Source: Planctomycetota bacterium
GTDB lineage: Bacteria; Planctomycetota; UBA1135; UBA2386
Direction: 5' to 3'
DNA length: 64,000 bases
Assembly (NCBI GenBank): GCA_046290465.1
Contig: JBKAGP010000001.1
Span: 5,568,001-5,632,000, forward strand
Positions within the stretch are counted from its first letter, which is position 1. Every line of letters starts with the position of its first letter. The notes below the pieces were generated by a model. That model was not told where the DNA came from and did not search any database. It saw nothing but the letters and a program-made list of their open reading frames with translations. Below, one piece after another: positions 52,387 through 60,896 of this stretch. The position numbers and the translations under genes are program-made.

Positions 52387-52418
52387 GCGGGACAAGCCCG
52401 CGGCGGGACAAGCCCGCG
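52387..52418. repeat. Tandem REP-like mini-hairpin GCGGGACAAGCCCGCG x2 between convergent genes
   Basis: Exact 16-bp direct repeat; each unit folds as GCGGG-ACAAG-CCCGC. Confidence 0.7.
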
Positions 52419-52421
52419 GCG

Positions 52422-55223
52422 CTATTCGTCGTCGCCCTTCTTGCTGGCTGCCTTCTTGGCGGTCTTCTTGCTGGCCTTCTTGGCGGTCGTCTTCTTCGCA
52501 GCCTTCTTGGTCGCCTTCTTCTTGGCGGCCTTCTTCTTGGCCTTCTTCTTCTTCTTCGCCGGGCCCTTCGCGGCGCGCGCATCGATCAGTTCGACCGCGC
52601 GGGCCAGCGACAGCTCGTCCGGGTTCTCGCCCTTGGGCAGCGACGCGTTGGTGGTGCCGTCGGAGACATACGGACCGTAGCGACCGTCGAAGAGCTTGAT
52701 CATCTCCTTCGACTCGGGGTGCTCGCCGATCTCCTTCTTCGGCTGCGCCGCGGCGCGGCGGCCGCGCTGCTTCGGCTCGGAGAACAGCTTGATCGCCTCC
52801 TCCATCGTGAACGTCAGCGGCGAACCGCCGGCCGGGATGCTGCGCGTGTCGCTGCCCCACTTGAGGTAGGGGCCGAAGCGGCCGTTGGCCGCGAGCAGCG
52901 GCAGCTCGTCCGGCTCTTCGGCGAGCGGCGGCTTGCCGACGCCGACCGTGCGCGGCAGCGCCAGCGTCGCCAGCGCCTGCTCGAGCGTCACCGTCTCCGG
53001 ATCCATGTCCTTCAGGAGGCTGGCCATCTTCGGCTTGTCCTCCTTCTTGAGCTTCTTGCCCTTGGGCACCTCGGGGGTCTCGCCGAGCTGGAAGTAGGGG
53101 CCGAAGCGGCCGACCCGCAGGTAGACCTTCAGGCCGGTCTCCGGATCCTCGCCGAGTTCCTTCGGCCCATCGCCGCCCTTCTGGATCAGCTCGATCGCGC
53201 GCGCCAGCGTCAGTTCGTCCGGCGGCGTCTCGTCCGGCACCGGCGCGTTCTTGTCGCCGCACGACAAGAACGGTCCGTAGCGGCCGACGCGCACCTCGAC
53301 CAGTTCGCCGTCCTCGTTGTTGCCGAGCGGGATCGAGCAGATCTGGCGCGGGTCGATGTCGTCCTGCACCGCGCCGATGCGGTCCTGCAGGCCGGGTGAG
53401 CCGTTGCCGAGGTAGAAGTGCTTGAGGTAGTCGGTGCGGTTGGCCTTGCCGTTGCTGATCTCGTCGAGGTCGTCCTCCATCTTGGCGGTGAACGTGTAGT
53501 CGACCAGCCAGCCGAGGTACTGCGCGAGCAGGTCGACGACCGCGAACGCGGTGAACGTCGGCACCAGCGCGGAGCCCTTCTTCCAGACGTACTGGCGCCG
53601 CACGATCGTCTCGATGATCGCCGCGTAGGTCGACGGGCGGCCGATGCCGCGCGCCTCGAGCTCCTTGATCAGGCCGGCCTCGGTGATGCGGCCGGGCGGC
53701 TGGGTGGTGTGGCCGGACGGCGCGAACTCCTTCGCGTCGGCCCGGTCGCCCTCCTGCAGGTTGGGCAGCACGCGCTCGGCGTCGGCCTTGGCGTTCTCGG
53801 CGTCGACCTCGTCGAGGTCCTCGACGTAGGCGAGCCGGTAGCCGGCGAAGTCGACGGTCTTGCCGGTCGCGGTGAAGCGCGCCTCGCCGTGCTCGTCCGA
53901 CTGCATCGTCAGCGACATCGTGGTGCGCTGGCCGCGCGCGTCCTTCATCTGGCACGCGACGGTGCGGCGCCAGATCAGGTCGTAGAGCTTGCGCTCGTCG
54001 TCGCCCATGTCGGCCGACAGGTCGTTCGGGTGCGTGAACGAGTCGCCGGCGGGGCGGATCGCCTCGTGCGCCTCCTGCGCGTTCTTGACCTTGGTCGCGT
54101 AGCTGCGCGGCTCGTCGGGCAGGTAGCCCTTGCCGAACTCGCCCTCGATCAACGTGCGCGCGGCGGCGATCGCCTGGGTCGACAGCGTGGTCGAGTCCGT
54201 GCGCATGTAGGTGATGAAGCCGTTCTCGTAGAGGCGCTGGGCGGCGCGCATCGTGCGCTGCGCGGCGAACCGCAGCTTGCGCGCGGCCTCCTGCTGCAGC
54301 GTCGACGTCGTGAACGGCGGGTAGGGGCGCTCGGTGTAGGGCTTCTGGTCGACCTTGACGACCTCGGCGTTGCCCGCGGCGAACTCGTCGGCGAGCGAGC
54401 GCGCGACCGCCTCGGGCAGGACCGCGACCTCGCCGCCGTCCTTGAGCTTGCCGCCGTCCTTCAGCTTGCCGGTCTCCTGCTCGAAGTCGCGGCCGGTCGC
54501 GACCCGCCTGCCGCCGATCGAGTGCAGGTTGGCCGGGAACGCGATCGCGTCGGCGCCGTCGCCTTCGCTGCCGGCGAACGTCGCCTCGAGCGTCCAGTAG
54601 TCGGCCGGCACGAAGCGCATGCGTTCGCGTTCCCGCTCGACGATCAGCCGCACGGCCACCGACTGCACGCGGCCGGCCGAGAGCTTCGGCCGCACCTTCT
54701 TCCACAGCAGTGGCGATACGGTGTAGCCGTAGAGTCGGTCGACCAGGCGGCGCGTCTCCTGGGCCTCGACGAGGTCCATGTCGATCTCGCGCGGCGACTC
54801 CAACGCCTTGAGGATGGCGGACTTGGTGATCTCGTGGAAGACCAGGCGCTTGGTCTCGCACTTCGGCTTCAGCTCCTCGAGCAGGTGCCACGAGATCGAC
54901 TCTCCCTCGCGGTCTTCATCGGTCGCGAGGTACAGCGTCGGCGCGTCCTTGACCATCGCCTTCAGCTTCTTCAGGTGGTCCTTCTTCTCGGCCGGGACCA
55001 CGTAGAGCGCCTTGAACTCGTCCTCGACGTCGATGCCGAGCTTGGCCCACTTCTCGCCCTTGAGCCGGGCGGGGACCTCGCTGGCGGTGCTCGGGAGGTC
55101 GCGGATGTGGCCGATGCTGGCTTCGATCCGGTAGTCCGAGCCCAGGTACTTGGCGATCGTCCGCGCCTTGGCGGGCGACTCGACGATCACGAGCGGGGTT
55201 CCTGCTTGCTTCTTCTGGGCCAT
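52422..55223 (-). CDS. topA: DNA topoisomerase I (type IA) with Topo_C repeats and Lys/Ala-rich tail
   Basis: LVIVESPAK, ATDEDREGE, SAGRVQS, ITYMRTDS, AHEAIRP, GRPSTYA; four GRY/FGPY/F repeats; KKAAKK tail. Confidence 0.97.
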   Translation of the reverse strand: MAQKKQAGTPLVIVESPAKARTIAKYLGSDYRIEASIGHIRDLPSTASEVPARLKGEKWAKLGIDVEDEFKALYVVPAEKKDHLKKLKAMVKDAPTLYLATDEDREGESISWHLLEELKPKCETKRLVFHEITKSAILKALESPREIDMDLVEAQETRRLVDRLYGYTVSPLLWKKVRPKLSAGRVQSVAVRLIVERERERMRFVPADYWTLEATFAGSEGDGADAIAFPANLHSIGGRRVATGRDFEQETGKLKDGGKLKDGGEVAVLPEAVARSLADEFAAGNAEVVKVDQKPYTERPYPPFTTSTLQQEAARKLRFAAQRTMRAAQRLYENGFITYMRTDSTTLSTQAIAAARTLIEGEFGKGYLPDEPRSYATKVKNAQEAHEAIRPAGDSFTHPNDLSADMGDDERKLYDLIWRRTVACQMKDARGQRTTMSLTMQSDEHGEARFTATGKTVDFAGYRLAYVEDLDEVDAENAKADAERVLPNLQEGDRADAKEFAPSGHTTQPPGRITEAGLIKELEARGIGRPSTYAAIIETIVRRQYVWKKGSALVPTFTAFAVVDLLAQYLGWLVDYTFTAKMEDDLDEISNGKANRTDYLKHFYLGNGSPGLQDRIGAVQDDIDPRQICSIPLGNNEDGELVEVRVGRYGPFLSCGDKNAPVPDETPPDELTLARAIELIQKGGDGPKELGEDPETGLKVYLRVGRFGPYFQLGETPEVPKGKKLKKEDKPKMASLLKDMDPETVTLEQALATLALPRTVGVGKPPLAEEPDELPLLAANGRFGPYLKWGSDTRSIPAGGSPLTFTMEEAIKLFSEPKQRGRRAAAQPKKEIGEHPESKEMIKLFDGRYGPYVSDGTTNASLPKGENPDELSLARAVELIDARAAKGPAKKKKKAKKKAAKKKATKKAAKKTTAKKASKKTAKKAASKKGDDE

Positions 55224-55368
55224 GCGGTGGTGGGGATCCGGCGTCTTGTTAGGGGGCGCGGCGCGGGGCTGTCAAGGATGGGGTGGGGAAGTGGCGGGGC
55301 GGTGGGGTCGGGGCGGTGGGGGGCGTGGTGAGCGTAGGGTGTTGTCGGGTCGTGGGGTGGTGATCTGG

Positions 55369-56330
55369 GAACGCTGCTGCACGGTGTTCTGCAGGGAGGC
55401 TCGGACCGCGGGAATCGGGGAATCCGTGCCACCGCGCGGCGGCTGGTGTCCCCGAAGACTGTGTGCAGCAGTGTTCGGCGGGCAAGGTCTGGCAGCGTCG
55501 CCAGCCGGAGGCGACGACCCTCAATCAGGTCGTGCGATCGGAATGGGCGACGTTTGTGGCGGGCGTCGAGGCAGGCGAACGCAGCGTGCCGCGATTCTGT
55601 CTGCGGGAGGCCGAGGGCTACCTGCGCTGCGGCATGCTCCAGCACGGCTTCGCGCGGGTGCGCTGTGTCGACTGCTGCAAGGATGACGTCGTGGCGTTTT
55701 CTTGGAAGCTGTGCCGCTACGCGGCGCGTCCGTCGGTTGCGGAGAGCCGGCTGTCGCTGCTGCCGGATCGTCGGGTGTGCTACGAGCTGAAGCGAAGGTG
55801 GCGCTGCGGCACGACGCACGTGGTGATGAAGCCCGAGGTGTTGATGCAGCGGCTGGTGGCGTTGGTTCCACGTCCGCGACGGCACCTGATGAAGTAGCAC
55901 GGGGTGCTGGCGCCGGCGTCGGGGTTGCGTTCGCGGATCGTGCCGGTGCCATTTCGTGGAGGGGCGTGAGGGTGATGATGGGAGTGGTGTCGGGGGAGAC
56001 CGCTCAGCGGACGATTTCGGTCGAATGGCGGCTGAAGCTGACGACGCGGCGTGCCGTCGTCTACCGGGGCGAACGCGGCGGGTGGTGCCGCATGCGCCAG
56101 GTCGCCGGCGCCGTGGTGGTGCGGATGCGCATGGACTGCAGCGCCGGTATCCGTGGGCCGAGCTGCTACGGCGGGTGTTCGAGGTGGATGTGCTGGTGTG
56201 CCCGCACTGCGGAGGGCAGCGGCGGTTGCTCGCTGCGATCCAGGATCCCGGGGCGATCGTGCGCGTGGTGCGGGCGATGCGGTTGCCGGTCGAAGCGCCG
56301 GAGATCGTGCCGGCGGGGGGGGGAGGTAGG
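55369..56330 (+). mobile_element. Decayed IS91-family (rolling-circle, Y2 HUH) transposase remnant
   Basis: RRQPEATTL, YLRCG..HGFARVRC..C...VAFS, then directly LCRYAARP...GTTHVV..P...QRLVALVPRPRRHL*HGVLAP; frameshifted C-terminus WAELLRRVFEVDVLVCPHCGG. Confidence 0.85.
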
Positions 56331-56400
56331 GTCCCGTCGTCGCGCACACCGGGCGGCGGTCGCCCGGAGGAACGCGACGAACTACAAAGAAGGAGACCCC

Positions 56401-56748
56401 ATGAAGCGAACCATCCTCGCTTTGCTTGTGAGCATGTTTCCGTTCATCGCGTTCGGCGCGACTGCCCGTTGCCAAGCCGGCGGTGAAGCGTTTTCGAACG
56501 AGGTGACGGCCGGGACTGGTGAGACGACGATCAACTCCTCGTCTTCGCCCAGCAAGGACTTCACCGTGGAGGAGATCTACTGGTTCGACACGCAGGATCA
56601 GCGGTGGAAGCCTTGCGAGGACTGGGAGTTCGCCACGACTCCCGCGGGAGCGCACGATGAGCACGCCTCGGTGTTCTCAATGGCCTTCAGAAGGACAGGA
56701 AGTACAAGATCAAGTACTCCTGGACGACGTCGCAGCAACCGAACGTGA
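56401..56748 (+). CDS. Small secreted hypothetical protein (possible frameshift near 56675)
   Basis: AAGGAG RBS; MKRTILALLV signal peptide; atypical codon usage. Confidence 0.6.
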   Translation: MKRTILALLVSMFPFIAFGATARCQAGGEAFSNEVTAGTGETTINSSSSPSKDFTVEEIYWFDTQDQRWKPCEDWEFATTPAGAHDEHASVFSMAFRRTGSTRSSTPGRRRSNRT

Positions 56749-56765
56749 CCATCAGTACCTTCGTG

Positions 56766-57395
56766 ATGTCGCCTCGCGCCTCCACCTTGCTCCTCACCCT
56801 GCTCGCCGGCTCCGTCGGCGGTGTCGTAGCGCTCAGCTTGGGGAGTTTCGTTGGTGGAGGCGCGCCCTCAGACCCCTCTGAGGCGTCTAGTGGAGCCAGG
56901 ACGGCTGATTTCCAGATGACCTTGCGGGATGAGATCGTCGGCTTGCGTCGCGACCTCGCCGACATCTCCATACGGTCGCAGGAGTCTCCAACCGGAGGTG
57001 CTCCGCTGCGGACCGCGGTTGGTTCCGATCTGCAGGGCCTCGAGGCCAAGATCTCCGAAGTGCTGAAGGCGATCGATGCGCTCGCGCAACGGAGTGGCTT
57101 CGACGCCGCGGAGGTTGCGACGGCCAGCTTGCAGAACCCGGTACCGAACGCCGTTGCCGTCAGATCCCTCCATGATGCAATGGAGCAAGATGCCGACGCT
57201 GGCAGGCGAGAGACCCATCAGGGTTGGCTGCTGACCTCGATGGCGGAGGTCGTCAGGCGGTTGGGTAGTCCGCACAACATCCTGCCGGAGGCGGGATCGG
57301 GGACCTCCCGTCAGCGTTGGGAGTACTTCGTCGACGAGGATCGCGCAGTCATCGTCACCTTCGAGAATGGTCTGGTGACGTCACTGGACAACTGA
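56766..57395 (+). CDS. Membrane-anchored coiled-coil protein with C-terminal SmpA/BamE(BLIP)-like domain
   Basis: N-terminal TM; heptad segments; EVVRRLGSP....WEY....VTFENGLV. Confidence 0.62.
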   Translation: MSPRASTLLLTLLAGSVGGVVALSLGSFVGGGAPSDPSEASSGARTADFQMTLRDEIVGLRRDLADISIRSQESPTGGAPLRTAVGSDLQGLEAKISEVLKAIDALAQRSGFDAAEVATASLQNPVPNAVAVRSLHDAMEQDADAGRRETHQGWLLTSMAEVVRRLGSPHNILPEAGSGTSRQRWEYFVDEDRAVIVTFENGLVTSLDN

Positions 57396-57430
57396 CGTGT
57401 CGCGGATTGGCGCCGCCCCTACCGCCGTGT

Positions 57431-57661
57431 CTAGTCCCCGAAGGCCTTTATCGGCACCGGCATCACGACGTAGCTCATCAACGGCACCACGATCGCCGTG
57501 ACGATCATCGTGATCACCGGCAGCGCGCAGTGCTCGAGCAGCGTCGGCAGCAGCAGCCACAGCACGAACGCGATGGTCGGGTAGATCCCGACCCACGTCA
57601 GCAGCACCAGCTTGTGCGGGTTGGGCGGCCGCGGCGGCTGCGCGTCGGTGGGAACGCTCAT
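57431..57661 (-). CDS. Small two-TM membrane protein (resembles the membrane domain found on ABM monooxygenase-family proteins)
   Basis: PNPHKLVLLTWVGIYP...VVPLMSYVVMP. Confidence 0.65.
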   Translation of the reverse strand: MSVPTDAQPPRPPNPHKLVLLTWVGIYPTIAFVLWLLLPTLLEHCALPVITMIVTAIVVPLMSYVVMPVPIKAFGD

Positions 57662-57686
57662 CGCGTCACGGCCAAGTCGGCACCGA

Positions 57687-58206
57687 TCACCGGTGCACGA
57701 ACTCCGCCTTCACCTTCGGGCCGTTCTGCATGCAGTTGTCGACGCCGATGCGCATGTCCTCGGTGCCGCACGCCGAAGCACTTGCCCTCGAACGGCACCG
57801 CGTCCTGCAGCGGCAGCTTCGCCGCGCCGAGGGTCGCCTTCTGCAGGATCTCGTCGACCTTCTTCGAGCGGTGGCCGATGTCGACCGCCGGCAGCGTGTC
57901 CGGCACATTGGCCATCGGGCCCTCGTCCATGCGCGAACGCTCCGCCTTGCCGTCGGCCATGTCATGCGCCAGCTCGACCGCGCGGTCGACCAGGTCGCCC
58001 TCGACCTCCTCGCGGGTCAGCCCGAACGCCAGCGCCTGCTCCGAGCTGATCGGCCGGCACGTGCGCAGCAGCGTCTCGAGTTCGGCGCGCAGCTCGGTGT
58101 CGTCGCCGCAGGCGCGGTCGAGGAACGGCGCCCGGTCCGCCTGGGCGAGCTCGGACGCCTCGGCGAACAGCTCGATCAGTCGTTCCTGGCGATGGGGGGC
58201 GGTCAT
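57687..58206 (-). pseudogene. Chimeric remnant: Ser/Thr kinase N-terminal leader fused to enoyl-CoA hydratase (crotonase) C-terminus, frameshifted
   Basis: ERLIELFAEA...FLDRACGDDTELRAELETLL, then RTCRPISSEQALAFGL...FEGKCFG, then a shifted frame CGTEDMRIGVDNCMQNGPKVKAEFVHR. Confidence 0.65.
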
Positions 58207-58462
58207 CGGACGGGCGGGAGGATGCGGGACCTTACCTGGGATCGGGGGGCGGCAGGAAGCGGGGGCGCAGCGGTGCCGCCCCGTGCGCACATCCGCACTC
58301 CCGGTCGCCGCTGCGACATCGAACGCGCGGATCGTGAAGGTTTCGGACGTTGCCCTCCTGCAAGGACTTGCGAGATAGGGTTCGGCCGTCGACGAGCCGC
58401 CCTGGCGGCTCTGCCGGCGACTGCGGACGGGTTACGGTCCGCCAACCGCCGGTTCGTCGACG

Positions 58463-58490
58463 GGTAACGTCGCCTTAACGGATTCTGAAT
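58463..58490 (+). promoter_or_regulatory. Pho-box/OmpR-type direct repeats with 11-bp period
   Basis: GTAAC 58464, TTAAC 58475, TGAAT 58486, upstream of the 58574 gene. Confidence 0.45.
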
Positions 58491-58573
58491 ATAGCGGCCT
58501 ACCTTCTTCCGCGTCTCAGGGGCACGCCGGCAGGCGGTCCTTTTCACCAATAGAAACCCCTCCAGCTTCCATA

Positions 58574-60532
58574 ATGAACCGTCTCAACCTCATGGTCGTC
58601 GGCCTCGCCATCTCGGCGGCCGCCTCGGCCCAGTCGATCACCGGCGCGAACGGTGTGAACCACACGGCGCCGTTCAACGGCTCGATCACCCTCGACCCGG
58701 CGAACAACCCGCACGTCCTCAACGGCGACATCTACATCGAGCCGGGCGCGACCCTGACGATCCTGCCGGGTGTGCGCTTCGAGAGCTCGGCGAACAGCAC
58801 GCTCGCGATCACCCGCGGCGCGCAGATCTTCGCCGAGGGCACCAAGGACGCCCCGATCGTCTTCACGTCCAACCAGGACACCGGCGTCTACCGCCAGGAC
58901 GCCAACAACGAGTGGGGCAACCTGACGGTGATGGGCTCGGGCTACATCTCGGAAGACGAGACGGCCACCAACACGGCGACCCCGTCGGCCTCGAACTTCG
59001 CCGACATGGAAGGTCTGACCCCGGCCAACGTCAGCTTCAACGACTACGGTGGTGGGGACGACAACGAGAACAGCGGCACGATTGCCTACTGCTCGTTCTC
59101 GTACGGCGGCATCGCGTCGATCCCGGGCAAGGAGCTGAACGGCCTCTCGCTCGGCGGCATCGGCCGCGGCACCGACATCCACCACGTCGAGATCCTCAAC
59201 AACATCGACGACGGCATCGAGGTCTGGGGCGGCACCGTCAACCTCAGCTACATCTCGATCTGGAACATCGGTGACGACAGCCTCGACATCGACCAGGGCT
59301 GGCGCGGCAAGGCCCAGTTCGGCCTGATCGTGCAGGGCGCCTCGAACCAGGGCTCGCAGGGCTCGGGCTTCGGCGACAACGCGATGGAGATCGACGGTGC
59401 CGAGCGCTGCGACTGGCAGCCGGTCACGACCTGCGCCATCCACAACTTCACCGTCATCGGCGGTGGCATCCCGTCGGGCGTCAACCCGACCGACGAGCTG
59501 GTCGAGTTCCGCGACAACTCGCGCGTGCAGTTCCTGAACTGCATCTTCATGGATGCCGGCAAGGAAGTGATCAACGACAAGGTGACCGATGGTGAGGTCA
59601 ACAACAACACCACGGTCTGTGGCGCCGGCTCGGCCGTCCCGCAGATGGTCGCCCGCATGACCACCCCGGCGACGTCGACCTACGCCGTCAACCCGTTCGC
59701 CAACCCGGCGGCCGCCTACCAGGCGCAGAACCCGGCCGGCAACCTGGTCGAGTTCCGTGGCTGCCTCTACTACAACAACAACTCGAGCTCGGCCTACACC
59801 GAGGCCCTCGGCTACGGCGTCTTCTCGTCGGCCCCGCTCGCCGGCACCAACCACGCGAACAACGACTTCGCGCTGACGATGCCGATCACGACCCGCACCC
59901 GCTCGGCCACGACCTTCATCGGCTCGGGCAGCGGCAACCACGGCGTGAACCCGATCACGTTCCTCGATCCGACCCCGACCGGTGCCGCCCTGGCGGTCGC
60001 CGAAGTCAGCCCGAACGACGGCTTCTTCCGCTCGGCCCCGTACTGCGGTGGCTTCGCCCCGGGCAACAACTGGCTGATGGGCTGGACCCGCACGAGCGTC
60101 TACGGCCTGACCAACCAGCGCAGCGCCGGCTCGAACGAGCCGATCCACGGCACCGAGCGCTCGGGCGCCGCGGGTCACCCGGTGCTCTACACGACCGGCA
60201 ACTGGGCTGCTGGCACCAACGTCACGCAGACGCTGGACTACCTGCCGCTCGGTGTCGGCTTCATCCTGTTCAGCACGCAGCCGGCCAACCCGGTCGATCC
60301 GTGCGCCGGCCTCCCGCTGGGCGGCCTGTTCGGCCTCGACTCGCTGGTCCCGAACAACCTGACCGGACTGATCACGGTCGTCACGGGCACCCCGGGCGGC
60401 GCCGGCAGCTACGGCTTCACCATGGTGCCGGGTTTCGCGGGCTCGACGTTCTACTCGCAGGGCTTCGGCTTCGACCCGAGCGTGCCGACGGGCGAGTTCA
60501 CCAGCTCGAACGCGCAGCGTCACAACCTCTAG
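58574..60532 (+). CDS. Secreted parallel beta-helix protein of the family typically paired with TonB receptors, with extra C-terminal module
   Basis: GATLTILPG, GAQIFAEGTKDAPIVFTS, WGNL, ELNGLSLGGIGRGT, DDGIEVWGGTVN, DDSLDIDQGW, GWT. Confidence 0.8.
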   Translation: MNRLNLMVVGLAISAAASAQSITGANGVNHTAPFNGSITLDPANNPHVLNGDIYIEPGATLTILPGVRFESSANSTLAITRGAQIFAEGTKDAPIVFTSNQDTGVYRQDANNEWGNLTVMGSGYISEDETATNTATPSASNFADMEGLTPANVSFNDYGGGDDNENSGTIAYCSFSYGGIASIPGKELNGLSLGGIGRGTDIHHVEILNNIDDGIEVWGGTVNLSYISIWNIGDDSLDIDQGWRGKAQFGLIVQGASNQGSQGSGFGDNAMEIDGAERCDWQPVTTCAIHNFTVIGGGIPSGVNPTDELVEFRDNSRVQFLNCIFMDAGKEVINDKVTDGEVNNNTTVCGAGSAVPQMVARMTTPATSTYAVNPFANPAAAYQAQNPAGNLVEFRGCLYYNNNSSSAYTEALGYGVFSSAPLAGTNHANNDFALTMPITTRTRSATTFIGSGSGNHGVNPITFLDPTPTGAALAVAEVSPNDGFFRSAPYCGGFAPGNNWLMGWTRTSVYGLTNQRSAGSNEPIHGTERSGAAGHPVLYTTGNWAAGTNVTQTLDYLPLGVGFILFSTQPANPVDPCAGLPLGGLFGLDSLVPNNLTGLITVVTGTPGGAGSYGFTMVPGFAGSTFYSQGFGFDPSVPTGEFTSSNAQRHNL

Positions 60533-60554
60533 TCCTCAGGACGGGAGTCTGACC

Positions 60555-60605
60555 ACCGCGGCAGGCGGGTGGCGGCATCGGCCGCTGCCCGCCTGTTGCG
60601 GTTTT
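60555..60605 (+). terminator. Rho-independent terminator
   Basis: 22-bp stem including G-U pairs (60555-76 / 60581-602), ATCG loop, T run. Confidence 0.75.
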
Positions 60606-60711
60606 GCGTCGCGCAGCGGGTCACCACTGCATCCGCATCTTGTGCCCGAAGTTGATGTCTGCAATGGCCTTGTGGTGCTCCGTCGAGGCTGCGCAGGGCT
60701 CTACCGCCAAT

Positions 60712-60739
60712 CGACACGGAGTCTTAACCAAATCTACAC
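60712..60739 (+). promoter_or_regulatory. Pho-box/OmpR-type direct repeats with 11-bp period
   Basis: C-GACAC 60713, C-TTAAC 60724, C-TACAC 60735, upstream of the lipoprotein and TBDR genes. Confidence 0.5.
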
Positions 60740-60896
60740 GCGGCGAACTAGGGTGCTTGGCCGCGGAGCTCCGGTGCCCACCGAAGCCCGTCCTGCAACC
60801 CTCCCCTTAGCCACAGCCGCTTCCCCGCAGCACGTCGCCGCCGTCCGCCGTCCCCTCGGCGATCGGGTCCCGTCGGGCCGCGCGGGCCTCCGCCAG

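Noticed and set aside
52422..52560. Repetitive GCCTTCTT tract
   Set aside because: It encodes the known Lys/Ala-rich C-terminal tail of TopA
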